From NCBI RefSeq assembly GCF_018350175.1, contig NC_058368.1, positions 62,312,001 to 62,376,000 on the forward strand: DNA of 64,000 nucleotides. The letters are read 5' to 3'. The stretch is from Felis catus. Taxonomy: Eukaryota. Position numbers and translations under genes: made by a program. Shown here piece by piece: positions 12,939 through 25,940 of the stretch. The notes beneath the pieces were generated by a model. That model worked only from the letters and a program-made list of their open reading frames with translations. It searched no databases and was not told the DNA's origin. The stretch's first letter is position 1. Each line of letters starts with the position of its first letter.

Positions 12939-13161
12939 TAAAAAAAAAATTTAATGTTTTTTTAAAATTTATTTTTGAGAGAGAAACAGAGACAGCATAC
13001 TAGTGGGGGAGGTGCAGAGAGAGAAGGAGACACAGAATCTGAAGCAGCTCCAGGCTCTGAGCTGTCAGCACAGGGCCAATGCGGGGCTCCAACTCACAAA
13101 CTGGGAGATCAGAACCTGAGCGGAAGGTGGATGCTTAACAACTGAGTCCCCCAGGGGCCCC
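12939..13161 (-). mobile_element. Can-SINE (SINEC)
   Basis: Antisense SINE body (gacacagaatctgaagcagctccaggctctgagctgtcagc); imperfect TSD gggtgt(c/t)ttt. Confidence 0.95.
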
Positions 13162-13169
13162 ATGGGGTG

Positions 13170-13172
<3 letters not shown>

Positions 13173-13210
<38 letters not shown>
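13173..13210. repeat. (TG)n microsatellite
   Basis: (TG)19. Confidence 0.98.
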
Positions 13211-13212
<2 letters not shown>

Positions 13213-13829
13213 GTTTTGTTTTGTTTTTTGTCTTTACTCTTAGGTTGGGAGAGAATGGCTAGCTTGTGCTGAAGTTGGATATTTTTCTTCTTTCACATGA
13301 AAGATAAGAGTTGGACGGAGTTGGGTATTTTCTTTCCCTCAAGTCAGTTAAGCTCTGTGAAAACCCCAGCAGATTTGGCTCCAGCTTTGGAGTTTCTCCT
13401 GAGGTCAGGCCTTGTGAGTAAGGTCTGCCAAATTTCCAAATGGTTCCTTTCCCTCTCCCCTGCTGGAAGCAAGAGAGGATTTTTCTCCCATATTTACTAT
13501 GAGTGAAGTCTTAGAAAATTATAGGGTTCTCCCGGAGTTTTTTAACTCTCAGAATTGTCTACACTGAGACTCCAGTAATTGGTCAAATATAATTTAGGTT
13601 TTCTACTTCTGTGGGTACTCATTACTGCAATAATTTCCACTCCTTTAAGTTGTTATTCTGTGTTTGTCTGTCCAATCATGGGGACGGCATTCTGTCTTCG
13701 TCTTCACTTGAAGAGTTGTTGATTTTTCTGTCTATTCAGCTTTTTATTTACTGATTGGATGGAGGGACAACTTTCAAGCTCCTTGTGTGGAAAACCAGAC
13801 ACAGGAAGTTCCTTCCATTAGGTCTTTTA

Positions 13830-15060
13830 ACATATTAGTTTTTGTTATTTAAAATTCCATACCTTATCCCTTATTCTGTTTTATTTTACTGCTCATTAAC
13901 TTTATAATGTTTTTTTACCTTGTATTTTTGTGTGCATCATGTTTTCTGAAGCTAAACATTGTGAGGAACATTTGATTCTGAGATAAATTATGCTTATGAT
14001 TTTGAATATCAATACTCCTCTTCCTGCTAAGCCCTTAATGTAGGGTGTTGAATTATTCTAGTCAGCAAAAGAACTGGGTTTTGTTTTTGTTTCTGTTATA
14101 GTTAACAGGAGTTTAATATCAACCTCAAAGACATCTAGCGTTACCTATGATTAGAGAGTGGGAGCTGGTTTGCTGAAGTTTTCCCCTCATCGTTCCTATT
14201 TTGTCCTCAACTTTAGGACTTTTTGTGCGCCTTTTTCTTAGAGTGTCTTTCTCTGTGCTATTGTTCTTCTCCTAAGGTAGATGGCTGTTGCCATTACTCA
14301 GTGTGTGCTAGCCTGTTGGAGAAAACTGGCTCCTGAGACCAAGGACAAAAGGGTATTCTAAAAGCTAAGGATGCCCTCTGTGGAGGGGGAGAATACCCTC
14401 ACCATCCACTGTCATTCCCAAGGAAATTATATGTATGCCTTCAAATGGCCATACCCCCAGGATAGAAAAATCTTCCTTTTCCATCTCCAATACATTCAAG
14501 TTTTACCTTATGATCCATAAGGTTTGTTTCCCTTCTTTCAATTTCAGGCTTTTGTCCTTAGAAGAGGAGAGTTTTGGTAAGGCTCTTGCCTTTCTTCTTG
14601 TGGCTGCCTCTACCTTCTTCTGGGCTCATACAATGTGGTGACTATATCCAGCCTTCCTTTCATCATCCCTCAGCCCCTCTTGTGTATGCCTTGTGGAGTT
14701 TCGTGATTAAAAACCCACGTGTGGCTACAAAATCTCTAATGTGCCTGCAGCTCTCATGCTAAGTCACATCAGTCTTTAGCAATAAGTTAATAATTGTAAC
14801 TAAATCCTTCTTACTCATGTGTAAGGTACTACTATCCTCCCCTTCCTAACCTTCTGCCATCAGGGAGCTAGTCCTTGGGCTCTGTCTCTTCTCACACTCA
14901 TCTGTCCTTCTTTAGATGTTAGGCCATCCCATTGCTTTGTAACTTCAGATATTTGATGTGTAGGTTTAGGATTTTTTTTTTTTTTAGATTATCCTGCTTT
15001 TGTTGTGGTGGTGGTAGGAGAAGTGATACTCCAGTTTCCTACTCCTTAGGCATAAAGTGG
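13830..15060 (-). mobile_element. 5' portion/5' UTR of the old host L1M
   Basis: Antisense L1M 5' region ending in a second L1 5'-end-like motif (ttgttgtggtggtggtaggagaagtgatactccagtttcctac). Confidence 0.6.
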
Positions 15061-15629
15061 GATCTGGATTTACATTTAAATTATATCATTTATTTTTTAT
15101 AATGTGTTCCTCTTTATACTCTCTTAGGGTTCCTTTGTGGTAAATAATATAATTTATATTCCAGGTCTACCTAATTCTTAATTTTTCAAACAATCATTTA
15201 TAGCTTCTCATGTGACAATATGGTCCCAAGAGAAAGAAGGTATATCAGTACAAATACAACTCAGTCACTGAAGTGTTTTGTTCCTGCCTGACACCATCAA
15301 TAAGTCTCATCTTCCATATCCCTTTGTCCAGCATCCTAACTCCATAAATATCCCAGGCATGTGGATTAAGGAAACTGCCATTATTCTTCCAAAACTAGAA
15401 TAATTGTATACATTATAAATCCCCTAATAAGGCATGAAGTAGTCTGTGCTGATCCTCTCAAATCTAGACATATCAGTACTGACTGGTTTTCTGACAACTC
15501 TTTGTATTGATTCTGCCACTGTAGCTTTAAAAAGTGCTATATGATTTTTTGACCAGGTTATTTCTGGGAAAGTCTTTTTCATTGGTTCACAATCTCTTAA
15601 CTGTCTCATTCTCTCTCTGCTGAATTTCC

Positions 15630-15842
15630 TTTTTTTCAAGTGGTTTTTATGTTTTTATTTTATTTTATTTTATTTTATTTTATTTTAGAGACAGAATAAG
15701 AGACAATGAGAGGGAGTCTTGAGCCAACTCCATGCTCAGTATGGAGCCTAACATAGGACTCAATCCCAGAACTCTGGGATCGTGACCTGACCCAAAAATC
15801 AAGAGTTGGACACCCAACTGACTGACCTGCCAAGGAGACCCC
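15630..15842 (-). mobile_element. Can-SINE, older short subfamily
   Basis: Antisense SINE (gatcgtgacctgacccaaaaatcaagagttggacacccaactgactga), (TTTTA)n tail; TSD ctgctgaatttc at 15617-15628 and 15843-15854. Confidence 0.93.
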
Positions 15843-16499
15843 CTGCTGAATTTCTATGTCCCTGCACTTCTCCAAGATCTATTATAAGTTAAAATTTTAC
15901 CTGTATGGAAACTGCATCTTTGGAGAAGAAAGTAGGAAATAAATGTAGAAGCAAAGGTAGAATTAGAAAAAAACAAACTTTGAAACTCCAATATAAAAGT
16001 TGACTAAGGTTAGCATGGTAAATGGATATAAAAACATTTGAATGCAAATTTATTGGTAATAATATATTCAGAAGGGAAAAACAAACTTTTATGATGAATA
16101 GTTATGACAGTACCTCACTCAAGGTTCAAAAAAGATTGCTCAATTAACAAGAGATCATTTTGGCAGTCTTCAAATTTTGAAGAAATACTATTTTTTTTTC
16201 AAATAAACAAACAAACTAATTAATGGATACCCTTATGCCAGAAATTATAGCACCATATAACATGTCCCAAGCAGAGCATCAGCTTCTGTATTGCCTTTTA
16301 TGCCTTTAATATTGGAGGGTACATGCTCACCCTAACTGTTATGCATCATCAATAGCAAAGAGATGGTAGTTCAAGGTGAAGCAATAGCAAACTGGGCAAA
16401 AAATTATGAATTTAGCCCATATTTTTATACCTGTCTTTGTGTTGCAAGATATATTGTTTAGTTGATTAATAAAATTAAATTTCATAACAATACTAAATT

Positions 16500-16610
16500 T
16501 CATATATATATGTGTGTACATGCATATGTGAAATACATCTACTATTATATATTCACACATATATATACATACATATGCATATACATAAACATGTGTGTTT
16601 ATTTTATATA

Positions 16611-16652
<42 letters not shown>

Positions 16653-16918
16653 AAGTGTACACTCACACTCACATAGAGATAGAAACTTTTCAAAATCACA
16701 AAATGGAAAGCAAACTAAAAATTGATCAAATTCAATGAGCTGAAACTAAAAGTTTACCTGATCAAATGTGGGGAAATTAAATGAGTTATCTTCAAATTAT
16801 ATGATGCACATATTTATATGCACATATATATGTATTTGTGCATATGTTTTTGTATTTATGTGTATATGTGTATGTATGTGTATGTATATGTGTGTGTGTA
16901 TATATATATATATAATAT

Positions 16919-16980
<62 letters not shown>
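16500..16980. repeat. Compound (TA)/(TG)/(CA) low-complexity blocks
   Basis: Two alternating purine-pyrimidine blocks at ~16500-16650 and ~16800-16980. Confidence 0.9.
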
Positions 16981-16981
<1 letters not shown>

Positions 16982-17192
16982 ATTTTTCTGCTCTAATCTT
17001 TCTTTCTCCTTTCTTCTTCCCTTCTGGGATTTTAATTGTATAGATGTTTGACTATCTGATATTATCTAACGAGTCCCATAGCTCTGTTCATTGTTTACAA
17101 TTTGTTTTCTCTTTTTTCTTCACATTGGATCTTTTTTTAATTTTTAAGTTTATTTAATTGAGAGTGAGACAACATGAGTGGGGGGAGGGGGA

Positions 17193-17234
<42 letters not shown>

Positions 17235-18330
17235 CCCAAGCAAGCCCCCTGCTACCAGCGCAGAGCTTGATGTGGGGCTCAAACCCACAAAACCCTGAGA
17301 TCATGACCTGAGCGAAAACCAAGAGTGGAAAGCTTAACCAACTGAGCCACCCAGGCACCCCCCCGCATTGGGTCATTTCTATTGCACTACCTTCAAGGTT
17401 ACTTTGTCTTTTCCCTGCCATCTCCTTTAAGCTGTTAATTTCATCTAGTAAACTGTTTGTTTGTTTGTTTGTTTACCATAGGCATCGTACTTTTTAAGGT
17501 CTAGAAGTTCCTTTGCTTCCTTCTTATTATACCTATATGTCTGCCGAGAATTCCTCTTTCCCTTCATCAGGAACATACTATGTTAAACTTTTCTTATGGT
17601 AGTTATAATATCTACTTTACCATATTTTTGGATACTTATAATATTAGGATCATCTTACCAGTTTCAGTTCATTTCCTGTTCTTTTGTGAATGTTTTGCAT
17701 TCACCTGGTTTTTCATAAATCAGGTAATTTTAGATTGAGTCCTGGAAATTATGAATATCACTTAGTGGAGACAGATTATTTTATTTTTCTCTATTGAGAG
17801 TTGTGTCTTCAGCTTTAGCATTCTGAACTATTTTATTATTTTAACTGAACTTGAATAAAAAAACTGTTTCATGGGCCTTATCTCTGGTCTCATTTCAGGT
17901 CCTTTGTTTTTAGCTGAGGTTTCTATTGGATGATTTTTGTTATTTATTTATTTTCAGTCTAGACATGCATTGATTGAGGGGTCAGAGATACAATGTACAG
18001 AATTTGAGAGTTTTTTGTCTCTTGTCTTTTACAATGTTTTCTTCTCTTTGAAAACTAGTATCTCCCCATATTCAATTCTCAGAATTTCCAGGCCACAAAA
18101 CTACGGACCTTCCACAACCACTGCCACCTCATTTGCCTCCCTAATGATGCATGACTTCAGGGTAAAATCCACAAAAAATGGGAATATACTTTGTAAAATT
18201 CCCTTCCTATGAATATGTGCCTCCACCAAAATCTGCTTACGTCTTTTTGTTCACCAATGTTGTTTTTTGTTTTATGTACAAGTTTTATAGTGGTTTATTG
18301 CAAAGAATCAGTCAGGTCACGTTTTAATCA
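16981..18330 (-). mobile_element. Old L1M ORF1/5' region, degraded
   Basis: Antisense L1 ORF1-like motifs (cttctgggattttaattgtatagatgtttgac...gctctgttcatt; ctgttaatttcatctagtaaa). Confidence 0.7.
17132..17363 (-). mobile_element. Can-SINE (SINEC)
   Basis: Antisense SINE with long (GA)n; TSD cacattggatc (17121-17131) / cgcattgggtc (17364-17374). Confidence 0.96.
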
Positions 18331-18389
18331 TTAATAGAAGGTTAAGTCTGGTTTATATTCTTTTCTGATTGCATAACATGTCATTTTTT

Positions 18390-18655
18390 ATGTCTTTAAA
18401 TGCTGTTTCTTTTGTCTGAAATGTCTCAGCCCTTTACTTCATGTTCCTAACTTCAGTTAATCTTCAAATATCAGATTGTTCTCTCTTTCAGTGATCTGCA
18501 AGACTATAATCACTGATTTGTTTATTTATGTATCCTATTAAAACATAAGTATCTTAAACTCTGTGTCTATATTTTAATATTTTTATATCATCAAGGCCTA
18601 ACTAAGTACCTTATCTATAGCAAGTACTTTATATATGTTTGTTGGATGAACCAAA
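18390..18655 (+). mobile_element. L2 3' fragment
   Basis: tgctgtttcttttgtctgaaatg... and terminal atatgtttgttggatgaa motif. Confidence 0.6.
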
Positions 18656-21654
18656 AAATTGAAATGAGTAAAATTAAACTAAGTCAATCTTTATTCCTCA
18701 ACATCGCCTGTTGTTGATCAGGAACTTATCTGGTGAATGTTTTTCATCTGGATCTGAGGGAATTTTCAAAATTGCCTCATGAAAATTGCCATGGAGGCCA
18801 GAATAATTGTAAGATTAAATGGAATTAAGTGGAATTAAGGTGAAAATATATGGGGAAGTTGGTATTTCTGAAGGATATTCAAAACTTGCAAAATCACACT
18901 AAATGTCTCAACAAAACACTTGAGTTGTCAGAAGAAGCATCTCTAAGATCACTTCAAGAGCTGTGCCCTACCCAATCGCTCTATTATTCACTTTAGAAGG
19001 AACAAGTCAATGAATAAGTCATAGTGAAGAAATAGGGTTTTTAAACACTTTGTGATAAAAATTATTTCACATGTATCCTGTCAAACATTACTCAAAATTT
19101 CTGACCCACTGCCAGTTCCACTCTCAGGCTTGAGCATTAATGCAGTTCTTTGTAGACTCATCTAATTATAAATACAGTCTAAAGATTACTATTGCCTCTA
19201 AAATATATTTTTAGGTGACACGTCACTTCTAATACTCTCACTGAGAAATTTATTGTTTGTGTTTAGAGTGGTGATTAGTAAGTATTATATAATAATGTTA
19301 ATTTGAAGTATATTTCAAGAGATCCTTCTGTCCCATATTTAAATATAATAAGAAAGAGAAATGATAGATTCTGATACAATAATATAGTTTGTGCTAATAT
19401 AGTTTGTGCCAGTTACTATTATAGATGCTTTTAAAATATGGTTTTATACTCAGGGGAATTACAGTGGGTTTGGGTAACACGGTATATATAGTATATATAA
19501 GTATCCAGTTATGAATAATAGCGATTACATTGACAATAGACTGGAAGGTGGAAGAATTTCATAGGATGATGGATATCATCTGTAGCCTACCCATAAAAAA
19601 TTTTAGCATTATATATCATTTTTATATCAATGCTTAGGATAAGTTATATTTGGAGTTTACACTTATTTATGAACTTATTTCATCTAGTTTCTTAACTTTT
19701 GTATCTACAGGGAGTATAAAAATGTTAACTGCATAGCTTTTATATTAGAATTTTGTTTGTAATACTAGTTCTGCTCTTGTAAGTTAACTGAAAAAAAAAA
19801 CAGAAAAGTGTTAACTGCTTGGCTTTCATATTATGGAATTATTTGCAATATTAATTCCTCATTTGCAAATTATCTGAAAACATCAGTAATCAAAATATAC
19901 TGTTGGAAATACAGTTGCAATTAACAGCTTCATCAACACAGTTACGTTTCCACTGATAATTATAACATGTAAGAGGCAAAAATGACTTTAAACATATATG
20001 CAAATTAGATATTCATTAAAATAAATCATCTAGTCATAAACTATATCCTTTTCTAGATCCCATAATGGGTAAGAATTTTATCTTGTCTGCTTGGAGGCTG
20101 AAATCTATAGCTATGGCCAATAATCACATTTGATCCAATTTCTTACCATAACCATAGAAATCTGCTTCAAGGAACTACAATAGTCTACCCTGGTGACTAT
20201 GTTCAAGAGAAGGAGATCCTTTGAGAACCAAGAAAAATAATATCCGAAATAAAGTTTTTATTTTCATTTGGAAAGAAATGGACCATCCTTTTCTCTTCCC
20301 TTACTTACTCTCTTCAGAACTTTGAGGTCATTTGGGATCATATACAAACTGAACAAAATTTCAACACATTTTAGACACCAGAAACCGTGACAAATGTTGA
20401 AAGAACTAAGGGATAACCCACTAAATTGTTAGATTGAGTGTTCATAGCAGTTGAAAAAATTGTGCTACAGGCATTTTACAAAAGACTAAAATATCATTGT
20501 GCACAATACAGGCAACAGTAGAAAAGTACTGATGGCTCAAATTAATGACAATCAAAGAAAAATTTTTACTTAAATGATGCTTTAGGCTGAGAAATATCAA
20601 GTATATTCTAATCTCATGATGTGGAGTTTCATTGAGACTACTGCATTGTCAAGTCTCAAAATCATTCTGGAAATGAAATAAATCAAGAGGCTCTGGAGTG
20701 AAGACAAGGCGGCCATATTGAAGATTTCCTAAATATGAATATTTATTAAAGGCAATCAGAATTTAAAAATAAAGTGTTTACATTAAAATCTTTAATATTT
20801 TAAAATTATATTTATATTTATAACTATAACAAATTTAGGTCTATTGTAACCTTTAAAAAATGTCTTTAAAATAAAATTATTTTTGATTAAAAATATCAGT
20901 CTCTGTTGAGAAGGTTAAGTTTAAAAACAAACCCAAAAATTATTGTTTGGCATACTGACAGGTGATCTAGTAGGAATTGGTTTTATGCCAAGCAACTTGA
21001 TTATTTTAATGTTTACTGTTTTAATTAAGTCAGTTTCTTAAATGTTATACTTAAGCACTCCTTCTTTTAAAAATGTCCTTAAATTTGGGTTCATGAAAAG
21101 GTCACTGGTAAGGATTATAAACTTTGAGTGCCTCAGTGATGGATTTTTCTTCAGTCGCTCATCACCAGGGGAGTTCTATATTGAGAAAGAAAGGAGCAGT
21201 AATTAAGAGCACAGAATCCTTCAGGGTTTCTGCTATGTCTGACTCAAGCTTGGTGGGGATTAATGCAGATTCGTGCTGAAATTCCTAGACTCCTAATGCA
21301 TCCAATTACTTAGCTAGTGTTAAAATATGGCAGAATAATCTTTATATAGTTTTTCTAGCAAAATGTTCTGCACCTATTAGTATGTCCAGATAGAAAAAGC
21401 AGTTTTGAACATTGGTTAATTGCACATTCTGTGAAAAGCTCTGACTAGTTTCATGACAACTGCATGCATACAAATTTGTGAACACATAATGATGTCATGT
21501 AGTTTAAAAGTTCATGATAATATTGCTTCTATATTATATTAAAATATTATGTAATAATAATAAGCAAACATTCATTTGACATTCAAAGAGTTCAATGTAG
21601 GGGAAATTAAAACATGATACATTTAGAAAACACTTTAAAAATTCTTTACACAAA

Positions 21655-21852
21655 GCGGCGCCTGCATGGCTCAGTAAGTTAAGCAACTGACTCTTTATTT
21701 CAGCTCAGGTTGTGATCTCACGGTTCATGGCATGCAGCCCCCACATTGGACTCTGTGCTGACAGCACAGAGCTTGTTTGGGATTCTCTCTCTCCCTCTGT
21801 GTTGTCCCTTCCTGCTCTCTCTGTCTCTCAAAATAAATACATAAACTTAAAA
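21655..21852 (+). mobile_element. Can-SINE (SINEC)
   Basis: ggcgcctgcatggctcagtaagttaagc...ctctcaaaataaatacataaac. Confidence 0.95.
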
Positions 21853-22085
21853 ACATTCTTCATATATTTTCACAGGAAACTATTCAGTATCTTGAAAACA
21901 GTAATTATATTTCTACAAAAATATATATGTAATTTGTGTATGATATTTGAATATGAAAGACATATATATTAATTTTCACTTAAAAAACAATAGTTACTTA
22001 TTTTATTTATAAACTTTGGGGCACTTCAAATTTATGTTTGTGATCACAATTTTATAATAATATTATTAAATGCATATAAAAACAA

Positions 22086-22314
22086 GGGGTGCCTGGGTGG
22101 CTCAGTCAGCTGAGCACCTGACTTCAGCTCAGGTCATGATCTCACAGTTCGTGAGTTCAAGCCCCACATCGGGCTCTGTGCTGACAGACAGCTCAGAGCC
22201 TGGAGCCGACTTTGGATTCTGTGTCTCCCTCTCTCTCTGCTATTCACCTGCTCATGCTCTGTTTCTCTTTTCTTCAAAAATAAATAAAAACATTTTTAAA
22301 AAAATTAAAAAAAA
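22086..22314 (+). mobile_element. Can-SINE (SINEC)
   Basis: ggggtgcctgggtggctcagtc head; exact TSD tgcatataaaaacaa at 22071-22085 and 22319-22333. Confidence 0.98.
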
Positions 22315-22609
22315 TAACTGCATATAAAAACAAAACATTCCTTCAAATTTCCTTGCTGCCTCAATGCACACAGTTAAAAGTGTGTTCACAATTTTTGGGG
22401 AAAATTTTCAATTGGCTAGATCATCATATTCAAACATAAAAATAAAAGTTCATTAAAAAGTGGTAGTAATGTGGTCTTATGATATAGGTCCTTTAAAATA
22501 TCAGATTTAGCTTTAATATTAAAAATCTAGTTAAAAATCCATACAGCTTAAATAGATGTTATTACATAAATAAATCCGTATTTTAATTGTATTTCAAATC
22601 TGTTCTTCC

Positions 22610-22750
22610 CCATAGAATGCAAGGAGCATGAGGACAGGGCTTTGTGTGTGTGTGTGTGTGTATGTGTGTGTGTGTGTGTTTTAATTGCTATATAGGCAGT
22701 TCCTAGAATAGGGCTTGGCACATATTGAGTATACCATAAATACTTTTGAT
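22610..22750 (+). mobile_element. L2 3' fragment containing a (TG)n microsatellite (22643-22679)
   Basis: tagaatgcaaggagcatgaggacagggc...cctagaatagggcttggcacata. Confidence 0.7.
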
Positions 22751-23858
22751 ACAGAAAAATATTTTAAATCTGTTTTTTTAAAGGACAAAACTTTTAAATA
22801 TGTTTAGGCCAAGCTATACAGTCAAGTATACAAAAATAAATATATATTATAACTAAATATTCATCAACCCATATGAAAAAGTGTGTACTCATAACAGCAA
22901 TAATTCATGACTATCAAAATATATCATCAACATCCAGACATAACTTTTTTTAAAGAATCTGATTATTTTTAATTTTGTCATTAGTTGTCTTTTCCAAATT
23001 TTTATTTATACCAAAAAACCCATATAAAATTTATTTCTATGTTATCTTTAGCAATACCTTAGGAGGAAACATCATAAGATTCTGCAGGTACATTGCAATA
23101 TTTGATTTTTCTTCCCCCTTCCAAAAAAATACTACTTTTTCATACATTAATATGAGTTGATGTCATCTTAATTTCTATTTTCAATATTTACATTAAGTTA
23201 AAATAAAAATGTTGTATCTTTTTCATAATTTATACAAATTATGCTAGTTTTATATGAATACAACACAGTAGTTGATAGGCTTACAGTTTTTTTACAGACA
23301 AGGGAGCTGAAGCATAAGCTACTTAGGTACATTATAAAAGGAAAATGGCATCCAACTGGTAGAGAGGAACTTAGAATTTACAGTTCTCAAAGTATGATTT
23401 TAAAATGATGGATATTCAATATAATAAATTTAATGAAACGCTAAAACAATGCTATAGTTTAATGGAGCTATCAGAAACCTTTTATTTCCACCTATATAGT
23501 TGGTAATCTCTTAGTAATAGGTAATCTTTAATATATGAATTTATCTGTAGTCATCTCCTAATTCTGTGCCAAAGAAGAAATATAATATATTTAAAGAATT
23601 CTCCCCCAAAATCAAAGGGATGTTTAATACATCAGTTTCCATTTCTAAAATAAAGTAGACCAAAATGCATACAGAATAACATTAGATTCATCACCATAGA
23701 ATTTTAAATAGCTCAACACCATACAACACTCCTTATAATATTGTTTTTGACATATTTTATGTTATATTAATAGTGAAAATCAACCATAGCATGTTCAATA
23801 TTTCTCTATCATGTTACAGAGATGTGAATAACAAAAGTGTCCACTTTATTAAATACAG

Positions 23859-24044
23859 GTTTTTTAAAATTTTTTTAACGTTTATTTATTTTTGCGACAG
23901 AGAGAGACAGAGCATGAATGGGGGAGGGTCAGAGAGAGGGAGACACAGAATCAGAAACAGGCTCCAGGCTCGAACCCACGGACCGCGAGATCATGACCTG
24001 AGCCCAAGTCGGCCGCCCAACCGACTGAGCCACCCAGGTGCCCC
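23859..24044 (-). mobile_element. Can-SINE (felid type) with ~33 bp internal deletion
   Basis: Antisense SINE, several CpGs retained; exact TSD tattaaatacag at 23847-23858 and 24045-24056. Confidence 0.97.
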
Positions 24045-24409
24045 TATTAAATACAGTTTTAGTGTGGATTATGTGAATACTCAATGATAATTGATACATC
24101 ATTACTCTCCAATGAATATTAGATAGAGTTGTCTGTATTTGCTATATCTAAGTTTTGTCTTACTATTGTTGACTGAATTACTTATACCAGCCTCTCACCC
24201 AAATTAATACACATGAACTCCTCTCATACTACCAATGTCTTCCCAGATGACAAATTCATGGTCAATTTTCATTTCTCAACCTCATGAACCATCAGCAAGT
24301 GACCTAGTTAACTCAATGAAGCCATTAGCAAGATTCAACCATGCTTTTTCATTTTCTCCTCTCTCTGCAAAATTTGGACCTAAGAACATTACTCTTTCCA
24401 GCCTCCCCC

Positions 24410-25370
24410 TGTGGTAAGCAGAATGATCGTCTACCAAAGACAGTCATGTCTTAATCCCCAGAAACTGTGACTATGTTATGTTCCATGGCAAAGGTGAATT
24501 ATGGTTACAAGTAGAATAAGTGATAATAAGTGGATCTTAAAATAGATTATCCTGGATTGTCCAGATAATGTAATCACAAGGGTCTATTTAATTTGGAAAA
24601 GTAAGACAGAAACATCAGTGTCAGAGTAATAATATGTGGGCAAACGTACCTGGCTATTACAATGCTACCCACTTACAAGTAGGAGACATGCTCTTAGTGG
24701 ATCAGGCATCCCAGTAGATACCTGAAACCACAGACTATACCAATGCCTATATATACTATGTTTTTTTTTTCCTACATGTACATACTTACAATAAAGTTTA
24801 ATTTAAAAATTAGGCATAGTAAGAGAGTAACACCAATAATAAAATAGAACAACATACTGTAGTAAAATTTATGTGAATGTAGTCTCTCTCTCAAAATATC
24901 TTCTTGTACTGTATTCACTCTTCTTCTTTTGATGATGTGAGCTGATAAAATGCCTACGAGATGAGATGAAGTGAAATGAATGATGTAGGCATTATGACAC
25001 AGCATTAGGCTACTACTGTTCACCTTATGATGTGTCAGAAGGAGGATCATCTCCTTCCAGTCTGCAGTTGACTGTGGATAATGGAAACCATGAAAAACAA
25101 AATTGTAGATAAAGGGGGCATGGAACTACTGGACTAGCTTTAAGACAGAAGAAAACTATGAGCCAAGGATTTCAACATTTAAAAATTAGAATAGACAAGA
25201 AACAAAATCTGCCTTCAAATTTCCAGAAGAGAATGCAGCCCTGCAGACACATTGATTTTAGTCCATAAGACCCTTTTTAGACATCTGACCTCTAGAACAA
25301 AAATATAATTTTTTTTTGTTTTAGCCCTTAAATTGTGGTAATTTGTTACAGCAACAATAGAAAACACATA
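24410..25370 (+). mobile_element. MaLR MLT1D-like LTR interrupted by MER44
   Basis: Start tgtggtaagcagaatgat...cttaatccccagaaactgtgactatgtta; end aaattgtggtaatttgttacagcaacaatagaaaac. Confidence 0.85.
24660..25131 (-). mobile_element. MER44-like (TcMar-Tigger) non-autonomous DNA transposon
   Basis: Degenerate terminal inverted repeats (caatgctacccactta / gataaagggggcatggaactactg) and internal MER44 motifs (aataaagtttaatttaaaaattaggcatagtaagaga). Confidence 0.8.
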
Positions 25371-25509
25371 TTCCTTCCTCCTTAATAACCATTCTCTCAA
25401 TCTCCTTTGTTGATTTTGCCTATCTCTTGTGTGTGCCACATGAGAATCTTTTGGCCACAAATTTTCCTTACCTAAATCTGCTTCCTATGTGTTTTTATTT
25501 AGATCTACA

Positions 25510-25940
25510 GCTTTGGATAGCACATTGTTTCCCTTCCCGCAAATATGCTGAGGTCCTAACTGTAGTACCAGTGAATGTGTGAATGTGATCTTATTTAGAA
25601 AGAAGGTCTTTGCAGATGGAATCAAGTTAAGATGGGCTCTTAGGGAAGGCCCAAATCCAATATGATTGGTATCCTTATAAGGAGAGGAAGCTACCATGTG
25701 AAGACAGAGAAACAGAGGGAGAATCAATGTCATAGCAGGGACAGAAATTAGAGTGATGCTACTGTTGGCCAAGGAACACCGAGGATCTATGGCTGCCACC
25801 AGAAGCTGCAAAAGGCAAGGAAGCACCATGGCTCTGATGACACTATGATTCTGAAAGCCCTCTAGGAATGTGATACACAGTTTTTTAAAACCACTCAGTT
25901 TGTAGTGCTTTATTATGACAGCTCTAGGAAACAAGCACAA
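25510..25940 (+). mobile_element. MaLR MLT1B/C-like solo LTR
   Basis: gaatgtgatcttatttagaaagaaggtctttgcagatggaatcaagttaagatg...tttgtagtgctttattatgacagctctaggaaac. Confidence 0.85.

Larger units (their letters stand above)
9700..13810 (-). mobile_element. Second old L1M element (ORF2 part, ORF1, 5' UTR) nested in the first
   Basis: ORF 10296-10484 (-) (..INKILGRK...KFKRIEIIKCRLSDHNGVKLDIN) is the L1 EN domain end. ORF 12482-12691 (-) resembles L1 ORF1. An L1 5'-end-like sequence lies at ~13700-13810. Confidence 0.85.

Noticed and set aside
25485..25940. 151-aa ORF (longest in the window)
   Set aside because: It coincides with the antisense strand of an MLT1 LTR.
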